Below are positions 27,941 to 37,512 of a stretch of 64,000 nt of DNA, in pieces. The position numbers and the translations under genes are program-made. Under the pieces are notes generated by a model. That model ran no database searches. It saw nothing but the letters and a program-made list of their open reading frames with translations, and had not been told where the DNA came from. The first letter of the stretch is position 1. The number at the start of each line of letters is the position of its first letter. The stretch is from an uncultured Candidatus Micrarchaeota archaeon (GTDB lineage: Archaea > Micrarchaeota > Micrarchaeia > Anstonellales > Bilamarchaeaceae), in NCBI GenBank assembly GCA_963714085.1, contig OY970229.1, positions 632,392 through 696,391 on the forward strand, written 5' to 3'.

Positions 27941-29467
27941 ATGGATGACCGAGAAAAGGCGCTTGATTACATCATAGCCCGGCTCAGGAAAGGCCGCAGG
28001 GACGTCTCCAGCCTCAAGCTCGATGCCGCGAGGAAGCTCGGCATGGGAAGCGTGGTGAGGAACAGCGAACTCATCACGAGGGTGAGGGCGCGGAACCCGG
28101 AGCTGCTTCCGCTGCTACAGAAGCGCCCCATGCGCACGCTCTCCGGAGTGACCCCGGTCGCAGTCATGGTCAGACCCGAGGGCTCCTGCCCCTACTCCTG
28201 CGCATACTGCCCGACCGGGCTCGGCGCCAAGAGCTACACCGGCTTCGAGCCTGCGGCGCTCAGGGCGAGGGAGGAGGGTTTCGATTCCTACGGCCAGGTA
28301 CGGAACAGGCTGAGGCATTACACCGAATGCGGACATCCTACTGACAAATGCGAGCTCATAGTGATGGGCGGCACGTTCCTGAGGATGGGCGCGGCCTATA
28401 AGCGCTCCTTCGTGAAGGGGATATACGACGCGCTGAACTGCAGGAGAGGCAGGACACTGGCGGATTCCCAGAAACGGAATGAGCACGCGCGCAGCCGAGC
28501 CGTGGGACTGACCATAGAGACCAGGCCCGACGTCTGCGGGGAAAAAGAGATAGACGAGATGCTCGGCTTCGGTGCGACGCGCGTCGAGCTCGGGGTCCAG
28601 CACCCGGACGACAGGATATACAAGGCGATAAACAGGGGGCATGAGACCAGCGACGTGATAAGGGCGACCGCGCTGCTCAAGGACAGCGCGTTCAAGGTCC
28701 TCTACCATATCATGCCGGGGCTGCCGGGGTCCAGCCCCAGGAAAGACGTATCGATGGTGAAGCGGCTCTTCTCCGACCAGAGGTTCAGGCCGGACATGCT
28801 GAAGATATATCCAGCCCTGGTGATGCCCGGGACCGGGTTGGAGAGGATGATGCGGGAGGGCGGTTACGAACCGTACGACACCGAGAAGGCGGTGGAGACG
28901 ATATCGGAGTTCTACCGCCATCTGCCCTCTTATGTGCGCGTGATGCGCATACAGCGCGACATACCCGCCGGCCTGATAGCCGCCGGTGTGAGGAACAGCA
29001 ACCTGAGGCAGTTGGTCGAGGAGAGGATAGGGGAGAAGAGGATCAGGTCGCACGAGATCAGGATGCGGGAGATAGGCGGCTGCAGCATGAGGGGCTTCAG
29101 GACGAAAAGGCTCGAGTACGAAGCGAGCTCCGGCAAGGAGGTCTTCCTCTCTTACGAGAACGGCGATTCGATGATCGCCGGGTTCCTGCGCCTGCGCATC
29201 CCGCACGAGCCGTTCCGCAGGGAGATAAGCGAGGGGACCGGGCTCCTCAGGGAGCTCCACGTCTACGGAGCCGAGACGCGGCTCAGGCAGAGCGGGCGCG
29301 TGCAGCACAGGGGCGTCGGGAGCCGCCTGCTCATGGAAGCAGAACGGATCGCGCGCGATCAGTTCGATATGAGGAGGATGGCTGTCATAAGCGGGATAGG
29401 CGCAAGGGACTACTACAGGAAAAGGGGATACCGCCTCGAAGGCGGCTACATGACGAAAAAGATATGA
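27941..29467 (+). CDS. elp3: Elp3-type tRNA uridine(34) modification enzyme (radical SAM + GNAT)
   Basis: CPYSCAYCP cluster motif, a radical SAM core, and C-terminal GNAT QHRGVGSRLLMEAERIA. Confidence 0.9.
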   Translation: MDDREKALDYIIARLRKGRRDVSSLKLDAARKLGMGSVVRNSELITRVRARNPELLPLLQKRPMRTLSGVTPVAVMVRPEGSCPYSCAYCPTGLGAKSYTGFEPAALRAREEGFDSYGQVRNRLRHYTECGHPTDKCELIVMGGTFLRMGAAYKRSFVKGIYDALNCRRGRTLADSQKRNEHARSRAVGLTIETRPDVCGEKEIDEMLGFGATRVELGVQHPDDRIYKAINRGHETSDVIRATALLKDSAFKVLYHIMPGLPGSSPRKDVSMVKRLFSDQRFRPDMLKIYPALVMPGTGLERMMREGGYEPYDTEKAVETISEFYRHLPSYVRVMRIQRDIPAGLIAAGVRNSNLRQLVEERIGEKRIRSHEIRMREIGGCSMRGFRTKRLEYEASSGKEVFLSYENGDSMIAGFLRLRIPHEPFRREISEGTGLLRELHVYGAETRLRQSGRVQHRGVGSRLLMEAERIARDQFDMRRMAVISGIGARDYYRKRGYRLEGGYMTKKI

Positions 29468-30286
29468 TCAGGGCAGCCCTTCCGGGGGTTTGAGCAGCTC
29501 GTCCTGCTGCTTGAGCAGCTTCAGATACTCGTTCTGCAGGTCCGCGAACTCCTTCTCCTCCTCGTCGCTGAATATCCTGACATGGCGCACGGCGTTCTTC
29601 ACCTGTATCTTCGGCGAGATGTCCGCTATGAGCTTGAGGTTCTCGCTCAGCTTGTCCCGCACATCCGGCGTCACCCAGACCCTGCGGTTCTGCAGCTGGA
29701 CCGCTACCTCCGGATGAGTAGGCGCTGGGAATAGCGAGCCGTTACTCACCTCGGCGGGCATGCCCAGCCTTCCAAGGACCAGAGCGATCTCCCTGCCCAA
29801 AGGCTCCTCGCCTTTGAGTATAGGGATGGGGACATCGAGCTTGCCTTTGCGCACCTGCTCGGCCAGCGAGTCCCGGACGTCCTTCTGCAGCCTCGCGAGC
29901 AGGAGCGCGAGCTTGGCGATGCTCTCCCGCTCTTCGTAGTTCCGCTTGAGCAGCGCTCCGCGGCTGGAGAGGAGCTCGTAGCTGCCGCCCGCGCGCTTCG
30001 CCATGCAATCCGCCAGCTCCTTCGGCGGGCAGGAGGAGAGCAGCTGGTTGAGCCTCGCTATCTCCTGCTCGTTGGGAATTGCGATCTTCACCCCTGCGGC
30101 GTCCATCCTGGCCGAGAGCGCGTCGAGCTGACCCTGCACTGAGCGCAGGGCGGCCTCCGCCTGCTCCAGCGCGGCGGGTTCTGCCCCAGCGGACTTCCGG
30201 ACGTCCAGCTTGAACGACAGCTCAGCCCTGCTTTTGGCCAGTTCTAGGAACGTGACGAGGTCTTTTGATTCCACGCTTGGCGCCAT
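29468..30286 (-). CDS. Coiled-coil hypothetical protein (last gene of the long minus-strand run)
   Basis: 272 aa, Ala/Leu/Glu/Lys-rich heptad-like sequence. Its start overlaps the upstream gene's 3' end by about 65 nt, so the start is uncertain. Confidence 0.45.
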   Translation of the reverse strand: MAPSVESKDLVTFLELAKSRAELSFKLDVRKSAGAEPAALEQAEAALRSVQGQLDALSARMDAAGVKIAIPNEQEIARLNQLLSSCPPKELADCMAKRAGGSYELLSSRGALLKRNYEERESIAKLALLLARLQKDVRDSLAEQVRKGKLDVPIPILKGEEPLGREIALVLGRLGMPAEVSNGSLFPAPTHPEVAVQLQNRRVWVTPDVRDKLSENLKLIADISPKIQVKNAVRHVRIFSDEEEKEFADLQNEYLKLLKQQDELLKPPEGLP

Positions 30287-31970
30287 CGGATAACCCTTGG
30301 TCGTAGGCTTTCCTGACTAATATGTAGATTAGCACTATCAATATTAAAAACATTAACAACACGACGAGGATTGTCTGGAGGCCGGACGACGGCTGGGTTT
30401 GGGGCTGCGCCGCGGGGCGCGCCGATGATTCCATCCGCGCGAAGAGCGCGTCCAATCCCTCGGCGTAGCGCAGCGTGGTGAACGCCTCTGGCTCCAGGGA
30501 CGTGTTGTTCTGGGCCGCGAGCCATGCGGCGTGGGACTGGTAGACCGCGCCCCAGAGCGAGATCCGCTTCTCGGCCAGCATCGCCTGCACCTGCGATTTC
30601 ATGTCCGCGCTGCCCATGCCTACCATGTCGGAGTCCGCCTGGGAGGTCTCGATCACGTAGGTGCAGTCGAACAGCGCCGCGCCGTACCTGCCCTGGTCGA
30701 AGGACAGCCTGGCCGAATCCAGATGCTGCGCGAGGTCGGCATCCAGGTTGTCAAGGCCCTCGGCTTGGGCGAGCTCTGCGGACGCGAGCCCTTTCCATGC
30801 GGATTCGTTGAGCTCCGTGCCGTTCCTTCCAGCGGCGTCGCTGAGCAGGCCGGACACCGAGCACCAGGCGTAGGCGTACATGATCGCGTCGTAATCGCTG
30901 TACTTCTCATCGACCGTGTCCGCGCCAGAGATGTCCGTGGAGTTCAGCTGGTTCTCGGCCCAGGATCTCCGCGCGTCCGCGCCCACCAGCCATTGGAAGT
31001 TCTCGCTCGTCTTTGGGATGTCTGGCAGCGATGCTATGCACCTGGCCACGGATTCCTTCTCCGTCTGCAGGTCTGTGTCCTGGGTGAGCATGGCGCCCAC
31101 CGTGGAAGCCTCTATGTAATCCTCGAACGCCTCGTTGGCAGCGCTGAAGAGATAGCCTTTCCCCAGGATCTTCTCCTGCCTAGAGAGCTCCGAGGAGTAG
31201 TACTTCTTTATGGTGGCGGAATCGTTGTCCGATGACGGAAGGCCCTGGACGGTCCGGTTCTCCAGCGACATCATGCCGGCTGCCACGTTGTAGAAACCGG
31301 CCGCGGCGGATGGGTCGTACTGCGGCACGTCCGGGACCGGCTCGGACTCGCGTTCCAGTGATGGGGCGGGCAGGGACTGGTTGAAGAGCATGAATCCGAT
31401 TGCGTCGTCCATGTTCCCGGCCTCGACCACCCTGAGCCCGGTGGCCGCTTCGCTGTTCCTGAGCATGAGGGTGTCGAAGATGCTGTCGTTCGGAGTCATG
31501 AAGTACTTCGCGCCCGATGCCGCCACAGCCAGGGATTTCTCATAGAGCCCGCCGACCTGTCCGACGCCGCCTTCGGGGTCCACCGCGCCGGTCATCATGG
31601 CGTCCTGCCTCGGGGACATGCCGGTCGCGGCGCCATAGGTGAGGACGGCTATCGCGGCGCCCGCGCTGGGACCGTCCACGTAGCTGGCTGAACCCGAGCT
31701 GATGCTGACGATCGCATCGCAGCCGGACTCGTTGGCTTTCCCCAGCCCGTATTCCACGGCATCATGCACGGACTGCTGGGTTGTGGTGCTGGTCTGGGGA
31801 TAGACGGAAAGATACGCCCCTCCGCTCCCGGGCACGATTGTCACGGAGATGTTCACGGTATCCGAACCCGAGCCCACCACGGCCGGCACGCTCATACCCG
31901 CGCTGCCGTTGCACTGCGCAACGCAGAGGGCGCTCAGCAGGATGAGGAACAGAAAACATCGTGGGTCCAT
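30222..31970 (-). CDS. Exported, C-terminally membrane-anchored protein with a Lon (S16) protease-like domain
   Basis: Signal peptide MDPRCFLFLILLSALCVAQC. VDGPSAGAA (Lon catalytic Ser context) and VGGLYEKSLAVAASGAKYFMTP (catalytic Lys context). Long helical region. C-terminal TM ILVVLLMFLILIVLIYILV. Start set at the internal ATG (comp. 31968-31970). Confidence 0.7.
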   Translation of the reverse strand: MDPRCFLFLILLSALCVAQCNGSAGMSVPAVVGSGSDTVNISVTIVPGSGGAYLSVYPQTSTTTQQSVHDAVEYGLGKANESGCDAIVSISSGSASYVDGPSAGAAIAVLTYGAATGMSPRQDAMMTGAVDPEGGVGQVGGLYEKSLAVAASGAKYFMTPNDSIFDTLMLRNSEAATGLRVVEAGNMDDAIGFMLFNQSLPAPSLERESEPVPDVPQYDPSAAAGFYNVAAGMMSLENRTVQGLPSSDNDSATIKKYYSSELSRQEKILGKGYLFSAANEAFEDYIEASTVGAMLTQDTDLQTEKESVARCIASLPDIPKTSENFQWLVGADARRSWAENQLNSTDISGADTVDEKYSDYDAIMYAYAWCSVSGLLSDAAGRNGTELNESAWKGLASAELAQAEGLDNLDADLAQHLDSARLSFDQGRYGAALFDCTYVIETSQADSDMVGMGSADMKSQVQAMLAEKRISLWGAVYQSHAAWLAAQNNTSLEPEAFTTLRYAEGLDALFARMESSARPAAQPQTQPSSGLQTILVVLLMFLILIVLIYILVRKAYDQGLSDGAKRGIKRPRHVPRTGQKQG

Positions 31971-31978
31971 TGCGATCA

Positions 31979-32545
31979 CTATAGCCTTTTGGCTGCCAAT
32001 ATGCCCTTGTCCGTCTTGAAGAACTCGTATTCCTCCGCCAGATAGAGCTTGCCGAGCTGGGAGCCGGCCCCTTTTATCGAGTCCACTATGCTGCCGCTCG
32101 GCAGATCCTCGTAGAGGTAGGCCACTGCGTAGGACTTCCCCATGGACCTGGCGTCCTCCTCCCTCTGCCTGAGCAGGATGCGCCTTATGTCCCTGCCTTC
32201 GAAGGACAGCAGGACCGCGGGGTCTTCGAGATATATGGCGTTCGTCTGCTCCCCGCCCCGCACCGTGCGCCTCTCCGGGTCGTATACCGCGGGCCATGAG
32301 AGGCCCACGCCTATGAGCATGCGGTTGACGCAGCAGCCGAATGAGGTCTTGTAGTCTATTATGCCGCCGACCTCGGCAGGCGTGACGTCGAAGGCGCACT
32401 TCTGCATCACCTTGACGCATTCCTCCAGATCCTCGCGCGTGAGCCTCTTGACCTCGACCTGGTCCTCGTCGAGAAGGTAGAGGAATTTCTTCTTCTGGGC
32501 TTCCGGCTTCTTCTCCTCCTGCTTCAAGGCAAACGACTCGCTCAT
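31979..32545 (-). CDS. Hypothetical cytoplasmic protein (possibly GNAT-like fold)
   Basis: 188 aa with no TM. The weak resemblance to the acetyltransferase fold is an impression only. Confidence 0.45.
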   Translation of the reverse strand: MSESFALKQEEKKPEAQKKKFLYLLDEDQVEVKRLTREDLEECVKVMQKCAFDVTPAEVGGIIDYKTSFGCCVNRMLIGVGLSWPAVYDPERRTVRGGEQTNAIYLEDPAVLLSFEGRDIRRILLRQREEDARSMGKSYAVAYLYEDLPSGSIVDSIKGAGSQLGKLYLAEEYEFFKTDKGILAAKRL

Positions 32546-32563
32546 CTCAAATACCCTCCGGAC

Positions 32564-32902
32564 TCACATGAATTTCGTGTTGCATGCCGGGCACTGGGTG
32601 AGGAAGGCCTCGCTCCTGTACCCGCATATAGGGCATATGTAATAAGTCCTTTTAGCCCTTTCCAATTCGGCTTCGAAGCTGTATTTGCACTGGCCGCACC
32701 TCGGGGCGTCCAGCTCGTTGAGGAAACCGCAGTTCGGGCACTTGCGCCTGAACATGCTCTTTATGTGCGTGCCGCACTTCGGGCAGCGCTCCATGTCCAG
32801 CGTGACCGGGGCGCCGCAGTTCGGGCAGTTCTGCGACTGGCCCTTATGCGTGGAGCCGGACTGGCCGCGCAGCGCGTCCTTGAACATCTGGAGGATTCCC
32901 AT
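32564..32902 (-). CDS. Multi zinc-ribbon protein (six CxxC pairs)
   Basis: CPNCG...CPKCG...CPNCG...CGQCK...CPICG...CPACN in 112 aa. Confidence 0.7.
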   Translation of the reverse strand: MGILQMFKDALRGQSGSTHKGQSQNCPNCGAPVTLDMERCPKCGTHIKSMFRRKCPNCGFLNELDAPRCGQCKYSFEAELERAKRTYYICPICGYRSEAFLTQCPACNTKFM

Positions 32903-32910
32903 GCACCCAC

Positions 32911-35900
32911 CTATCCTGACCCGGGGGACGGCACGCAGTTTATGTCATAGTTCTTCACAGGCAGGCTGATGCCGCAGAACCCGCCCAGCTGGGTGAGCGA
33001 ATTGCCAGTCCCGATGCCGCAGTCCTGGTTCGCGTTTCCGGTCCTGGAGAACACCGCCGGGGCGGTCACGGACGTGTAGTACATCTGCTTGAAGTACGTG
33101 TAGTTGGCCCCGGTCGAATCCGTCAGGCAGCATTTGCCGGGCTTGCTCATGCCGGCCATCACGTCCTCGTAGGCGTCCGAGACCATGTTCACGGATTTCA
33201 CAAGCGGTTCTGACTCCTGGGTGCCGTTCCCGAAGCTCTCGGTGCAGTTGTATACCGTATTGGTCATGTTGCAGGGCGTGCATGGCTCGACCACGGTCTC
33301 ATCCGGGCATTTGTACTTGCCTACGTCCTCCAAGGGCACGCCCCCGGGCATCGTGCATTGGACGCCGTTGTCGCACGTCTTGCCGCACTCCCCCTGGGCC
33401 AGCTCCAGGGAGGTGCAGAGCGTGCAGTTCACGGACGGCACGGTAAACACCTGGACGAAAGTCGCGTACGGGTTGGTGCCGGCCATCCTGTTTATGGCGC
33501 TCTCGAGCGCGCAGAATTTCGTGGTTTTCATTCCGTATGGCAGTGCGATGCTGGTGCTAGTACCCGGCAGGGAAAACGACAGCACAGTGCTCACGAGGCT
33601 CTCCTTCTGCCCGGCCGTATTCGAGCTGTCGACGCGGACGGGCTGGTATATGAGGCCGATGATGCCGGCTTTCACCAGCTGGTCCTCGTTATTCACTATG
33701 CTGCTGAAGAGCGTCCCGTAGGTGTTGCCATTCCAGTATTGGTCGTCGGTCACGGTGAAATTGGTTATGATGACCGGCTTGCTATAGTTCAGCGCGGCCT
33801 CGCCATATGTCATCACGTCGTTGATCACGAATGAGGCCCTCGTGTCCGCTGTGATCGAACTGGCTGAGTATATCACCGTGTTCGCCAGCCGGGTTATGTA
33901 CCCCGCCAAGCCCAAAAATCCTCCTGCTGTGGCCGCCCCATTGCCGTAATTCGAGGTGTCGTAGTCGGTCACGATCATGTCGACGTTGACCTTCAGCCTC
34001 GGGTCGAAGCCGAATAGCTGGCTCAGGTCGTTATCGTAGGTCGATAACCCTACGCTGCTTCCTGGCACCCTAACCGCGGTCAGGCATCTGGGACAGGCCG
34101 CCCTGACCACCGCGGTCCTGTTCAATATCCTGTTCCTGGACAACGAAGCCGAGGAGGAATTGAACGTGTCCACGACCACCACTATCGCTCCGCTGTTGCC
34201 CAGGAGGCGCTGGAAATCGTACTCTTGGTACAGGCTCGAGTCCTGATGGCCCGATACTAAGCTGCTATCAACCCGTACTATCACATAGGGCGCGGTGAGG
34301 TTCCAGTTGCTGTTATCCGAGATGTCGATCACGGGCATTATGCCGGATTTGAGGTAGTTGCCCATGCGCTCCTTGATCAGGGTCGGGTCCTGGTCGGTCC
34401 TTGGAGCGCCTTCCGGAGTGACGTCGTAGGTGGTGTTCGTCACATAGACGCTGCCGCTGGTGCCCGAGTAGCCGTCTGTACTGCTGACGGATTCATAACC
34501 GGATGTCGACGTCACGTGATAGATGAACAGGTTGCTGTAATCTCCGATGTCGGTCACGTACGGGTCGCCGCAGGAGGTGGTAATGTTGCTCGGTGAGTTA
34601 GCCGTGATACTGCATATCGTGGTCGGGCTCACTCCCTGCCAGAGCTCCTGCTCCATCGATGGGATTGCCACCCTGTTGTCGCTGTTTGCGGATTTCGTGC
34701 CCGCTGTTATCTTCTGGTAAGCCAGGGTCGTGAGCGTGCACGGCTCGCACCAACCGAAGCTCTGGATCTGCGGCAGGGTCGAACCCGGCTCTATGTCGCA
34801 CCTGCCGATCTTCATGTTGCCCCCTGAATCCTTCGTGCCCACGAGCAGGTATATGGTGCTCGGGACCAGAGCCTGGTAAGCCATGGGTTGCCAGTCAAGT
34901 CCATTGCCCTGGCCCAGATTTATCTGCCTGATTGACGCCTTTTGGAGGTTGCAGAGGTTGTTTCCTGCGAAATAGGGCGAGGTTGTCTGCTGGTATATGT
35001 TGTCCTGGTCCCTGAAGAAGTTCAGCGCTGGCGAGTTCAGGATGTCGTACTCAGGGTCGCCATACTTGGGGTCGCCACCGCCGCCACCGCCGCCATCACC
35101 AGAATCGTCCCCGCTAGAAGAATAGTACGCTGGAATGGCCACGAATTTCTTGTACTCGGGTATCCACGGCATGGAGGCGAAGAACAGGTCATCGATGTCG
35201 ACTGAATTCGAGCGGTCGCAGTGCTCGTTCCACTCGTTAGCGTCATTCATATAGCCGTCCATGGTGTCGTTGTAGAGCGGCGCGAACGCGGTCAGAAGGC
35301 CTTGATAGGTGTCATAGAAGTCCTGCCCGGTGCCCGAGAGGTCGACTTTTATGTAGCTGGCGGTGGAAGGATAGCTGGTAACCGTATAATTGCACGGCGA
35401 GGGCGGCTCAGGATTGAATGTCGGGGCGTCTACCGGTGTGTCGGGGTTGGTTGTGTTGATGTAAGCTCTGCAATAAGCGAGGCATCTGCTTAATGTCGAA
35501 TAGGCGCCGTTGGCGTAATTAAACTCGTCAGCCGGGCACTTTCCTGACTTTCCTAGAGTTCCCGCGCAATCGTCCTGGCAGATGGTTACCATCTGGTTCG
35601 GGGTCACTGGCGAATTATAAATGGGTTGGCCCCCCGGCATAGCGTCGAACGAGTAGTTCAGCACTGTGCTCACGGACGCGAAGATGCAGCTCTTGGCGAA
35701 ATAGGTCTGCTCGAACTGCCCCGGGTCCGCCACCGCATAGCCGACTATGGTCTGGCCGTCGTATTGCACGTTCTGGTCGTCGAAGAACACGATCTGGCCC
35801 GCGGGCGGGTATGCGCCTGTCGTGTCCACATAGGAGTCCACCACATTGTTGGTCGAATCCCAGGTGACGCTGAAATCCGACGGAAGCAGGCTCACGGTCG

Positions 35901-37512
35901 CGGGGTCGCCGAACATCTCGTTCTGTATCGTATTGCCAAACTGATCCTGGTACGATCCAGTATTATAGAAGGAACCATCATTTGAGTCCCATAGCTGGAT
36001 GTAGGTGTTCGTACCATCGAAGTAACCGCCCCCAGATGTAAGAGGCGTAGTGAAGAAGTTGTTCCACATCCAGTCGAGCTGGCACTTGTCGTGCTTCTGC
36101 TCGCCGCTCGCCGCACAGCTCGGAATGCCAGCGATCGGTACGTTATCCTGGACATAAGGAGCGTTTTCGGTGTCGCTGCCTGCGTCCTGCAGCTGGTTCC
36201 TGTCGTAGTCCTCAGTGGCAAGCGTAAACTGGACCGGCCTGTAGGTTACGTTGGCGTACACGAAGCTGGCGGTACCGCCTGCGTTGCTCGCGTTGATGGT
36301 CGGGTAGCACACCACGACATTCTGGCCCGTCACCGTTTGGGTGCTCTTGCAGTCCGTGACCACGTAGCTCTGCGTGCCGGCCGCGTCCGTCACGACGTTC
36401 ACGCCCCTGCTGTAGAAATCGTTCGAGCATTCCCCGGAGAGGCACTCGTACGCGGATTTGTCGCACTCGAAGGGCGCGCGCCCCACCGTCGTGTTGTAGA
36501 ACTCCGGTATGTAAGCGGTGGAGAGCGCCTCCCTGTAGAATCCTTTATCCAGCTTCTCGTAGTAGTAAAGGGCAGATTTGTTCAGCCTGCTCGAGGAATT
36601 GGAATTGGGCCAGTCGACTACGCCGGTCGTCGGATGAAGCGTAACCGTCCAGGCATAACCGAGATAATCTATGTACTTGTAGGATTTGAAATCCGTGATG
36701 AAGCTCGGGTTCATGCTCAATGCCTTCGTGATGGTGACGTTCAAGAACGCGTTGGTTCCTGCGGTCGTGAGCGGCAGTATGCTCGCGGTCGGGGTTATGC
36801 TCGCTGGGGGCACCGGCGCCGCGTCGCTCGTGCATGATGTGTTCATCTTCGTCGGGTCGTAGGCGACGTAGGTGCCGGATGCGGTCCCGGGCTGCAGGTA
36901 ATTCATGTACCTGTCTATGGTCCCGGTGGGGTTGATCATGCAGTCCTTGTCCGATATGGGGAAGTAATAATGATAGTAGTCGTATTCGTCGAAATTCGCT
37001 CCTATGCCGAACCTGAAGTCCCCTACCGCGGATTTCGAGGTCTTCATGATCCTCTCGAAGCTCGAGTCCAGGGGAAGGAACCTGCACTGGCCGTTGTAGA
37101 GCGCCTGCGTTTTCGTGCTGGTGCTGCTGGTCGGCATCTCGTTCGCCGCCTCCTGCACCGAGGCCACCCCGGGCGCGACCTGGGGCGCATAGGCGAAATC
37201 GCCGCACGCCATGGCCAGGCAGTCCGGCTTTATGCACTCGGTCAGGTTGTCGTCCGTGCAGAATGGTATGGCAGAGTCGACCGAATCGATGGTGACGTTG
37301 CACATCTCGCTGGTCTGGTTGCAATAGATGGTCTGCGGGTACATGTCGATGAAGGCGTCGTTGGACATGTTGAACCAGTAGCATTTGCCGTCTTTGGTCG
37401 CGTTGTTCCTGACGCAGCAGCCCAGCTCCTTGGATTTGGTTATGCAGCCCGCGGAGAGCAGCATGGCGAAGGCGATCGCGAGCGAGATTGCGAGTGCGGT
37501 CCTGGGCTTCAT
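32911..37512 (-). CDS. Giant (1533 aa) exported Cys-rich, sequon-rich protein with a lipobox-like signal peptide
   Basis: N-terminus MKPRTALAISLAIAFAMLLSAGC. No other TM. Numerous Cys and N-x-S/T sites. Gly run SGDGGGGGGGDP. Start abuts the stop of the upstream membrane gene. Confidence 0.8.
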   Translation of the reverse strand: MKPRTALAISLAIAFAMLLSAGCITKSKELGCCVRNNATKDGKCYWFNMSNDAFIDMYPQTIYCNQTSEMCNVTIDSVDSAIPFCTDDNLTECIKPDCLAMACGDFAYAPQVAPGVASVQEAANEMPTSSTSTKTQALYNGQCRFLPLDSSFERIMKTSKSAVGDFRFGIGANFDEYDYYHYYFPISDKDCMINPTGTIDRYMNYLQPGTASGTYVAYDPTKMNTSCTSDAAPVPPASITPTASILPLTTAGTNAFLNVTITKALSMNPSFITDFKSYKYIDYLGYAWTVTLHPTTGVVDWPNSNSSSRLNKSALYYYEKLDKGFYREALSTAYIPEFYNTTVGRAPFECDKSAYECLSGECSNDFYSRGVNVVTDAAGTQSYVVTDCKSTQTVTGQNVVVCYPTINASNAGGTASFVYANVTYRPVQFTLATEDYDRNQLQDAGSDTENAPYVQDNVPIAGIPSCAASGEQKHDKCQLDWMWNNFFTTPLTSGGGYFDGTNTYIQLWDSNDGSFYNTGSYQDQFGNTIQNEMFGDPATVSLLPSDFSVTWDSTNNVVDSYVDTTGAYPPAGQIVFFDDQNVQYDGQTIVGYAVADPGQFEQTYFAKSCIFASVSTVLNYSFDAMPGGQPIYNSPVTPNQMVTICQDDCAGTLGKSGKCPADEFNYANGAYSTLSRCLAYCRAYINTTNPDTPVDAPTFNPEPPSPCNYTVTSYPSTASYIKVDLSGTGQDFYDTYQGLLTAFAPLYNDTMDGYMNDANEWNEHCDRSNSVDIDDLFFASMPWIPEYKKFVAIPAYYSSSGDDSGDGGGGGGGDPKYGDPEYDILNSPALNFFRDQDNIYQQTTSPYFAGNNLCNLQKASIRQINLGQGNGLDWQPMAYQALVPSTIYLLVGTKDSGGNMKIGRCDIEPGSTLPQIQSFGWCEPCTLTTLAYQKITAGTKSANSDNRVAIPSMEQELWQGVSPTTICSITANSPSNITTSCGDPYVTDIGDYSNLFIYHVTSTSGYESVSSTDGYSGTSGSVYVTNTTYDVTPEGAPRTDQDPTLIKERMGNYLKSGIMPVIDISDNSNWNLTAPYVIVRVDSSLVSGHQDSSLYQEYDFQRLLGNSGAIVVVVDTFNSSSASLSRNRILNRTAVVRAACPRCLTAVRVPGSSVGLSTYDNDLSQLFGFDPRLKVNVDMIVTDYDTSNYGNGAATAGGFLGLAGYITRLANTVIYSASSITADTRASFVINDVMTYGEAALNYSKPVIITNFTVTDDQYWNGNTYGTLFSSIVNNEDQLVKAGIIGLIYQPVRVDSSNTAGQKESLVSTVLSFSLPGTSTSIALPYGMKTTKFCALESAINRMAGTNPYATFVQVFTVPSVNCTLCTSLELAQGECGKTCDNGVQCTMPGGVPLEDVGKYKCPDETVVEPCTPCNMTNTVYNCTESFGNGTQESEPLVKSVNMVSDAYEDVMAGMSKPGKCCLTDSTGANYTYFKQMYYTSVTAPAVFSRTGNANQDCGIGTGNSLTQLGGFCGISLPVKNYDINCVPSPGSG

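Noticed and set aside
29468-30286. Possibility that the 65-nt overlap between the coiled-coil ORF and the Lon-like gene indicates a frameshift or fusion.
   Set aside because: The two reading frames each terminate cleanly and no slippery sequence was noted. An uncertain start codon for the downstream ORF is the more likely explanation.
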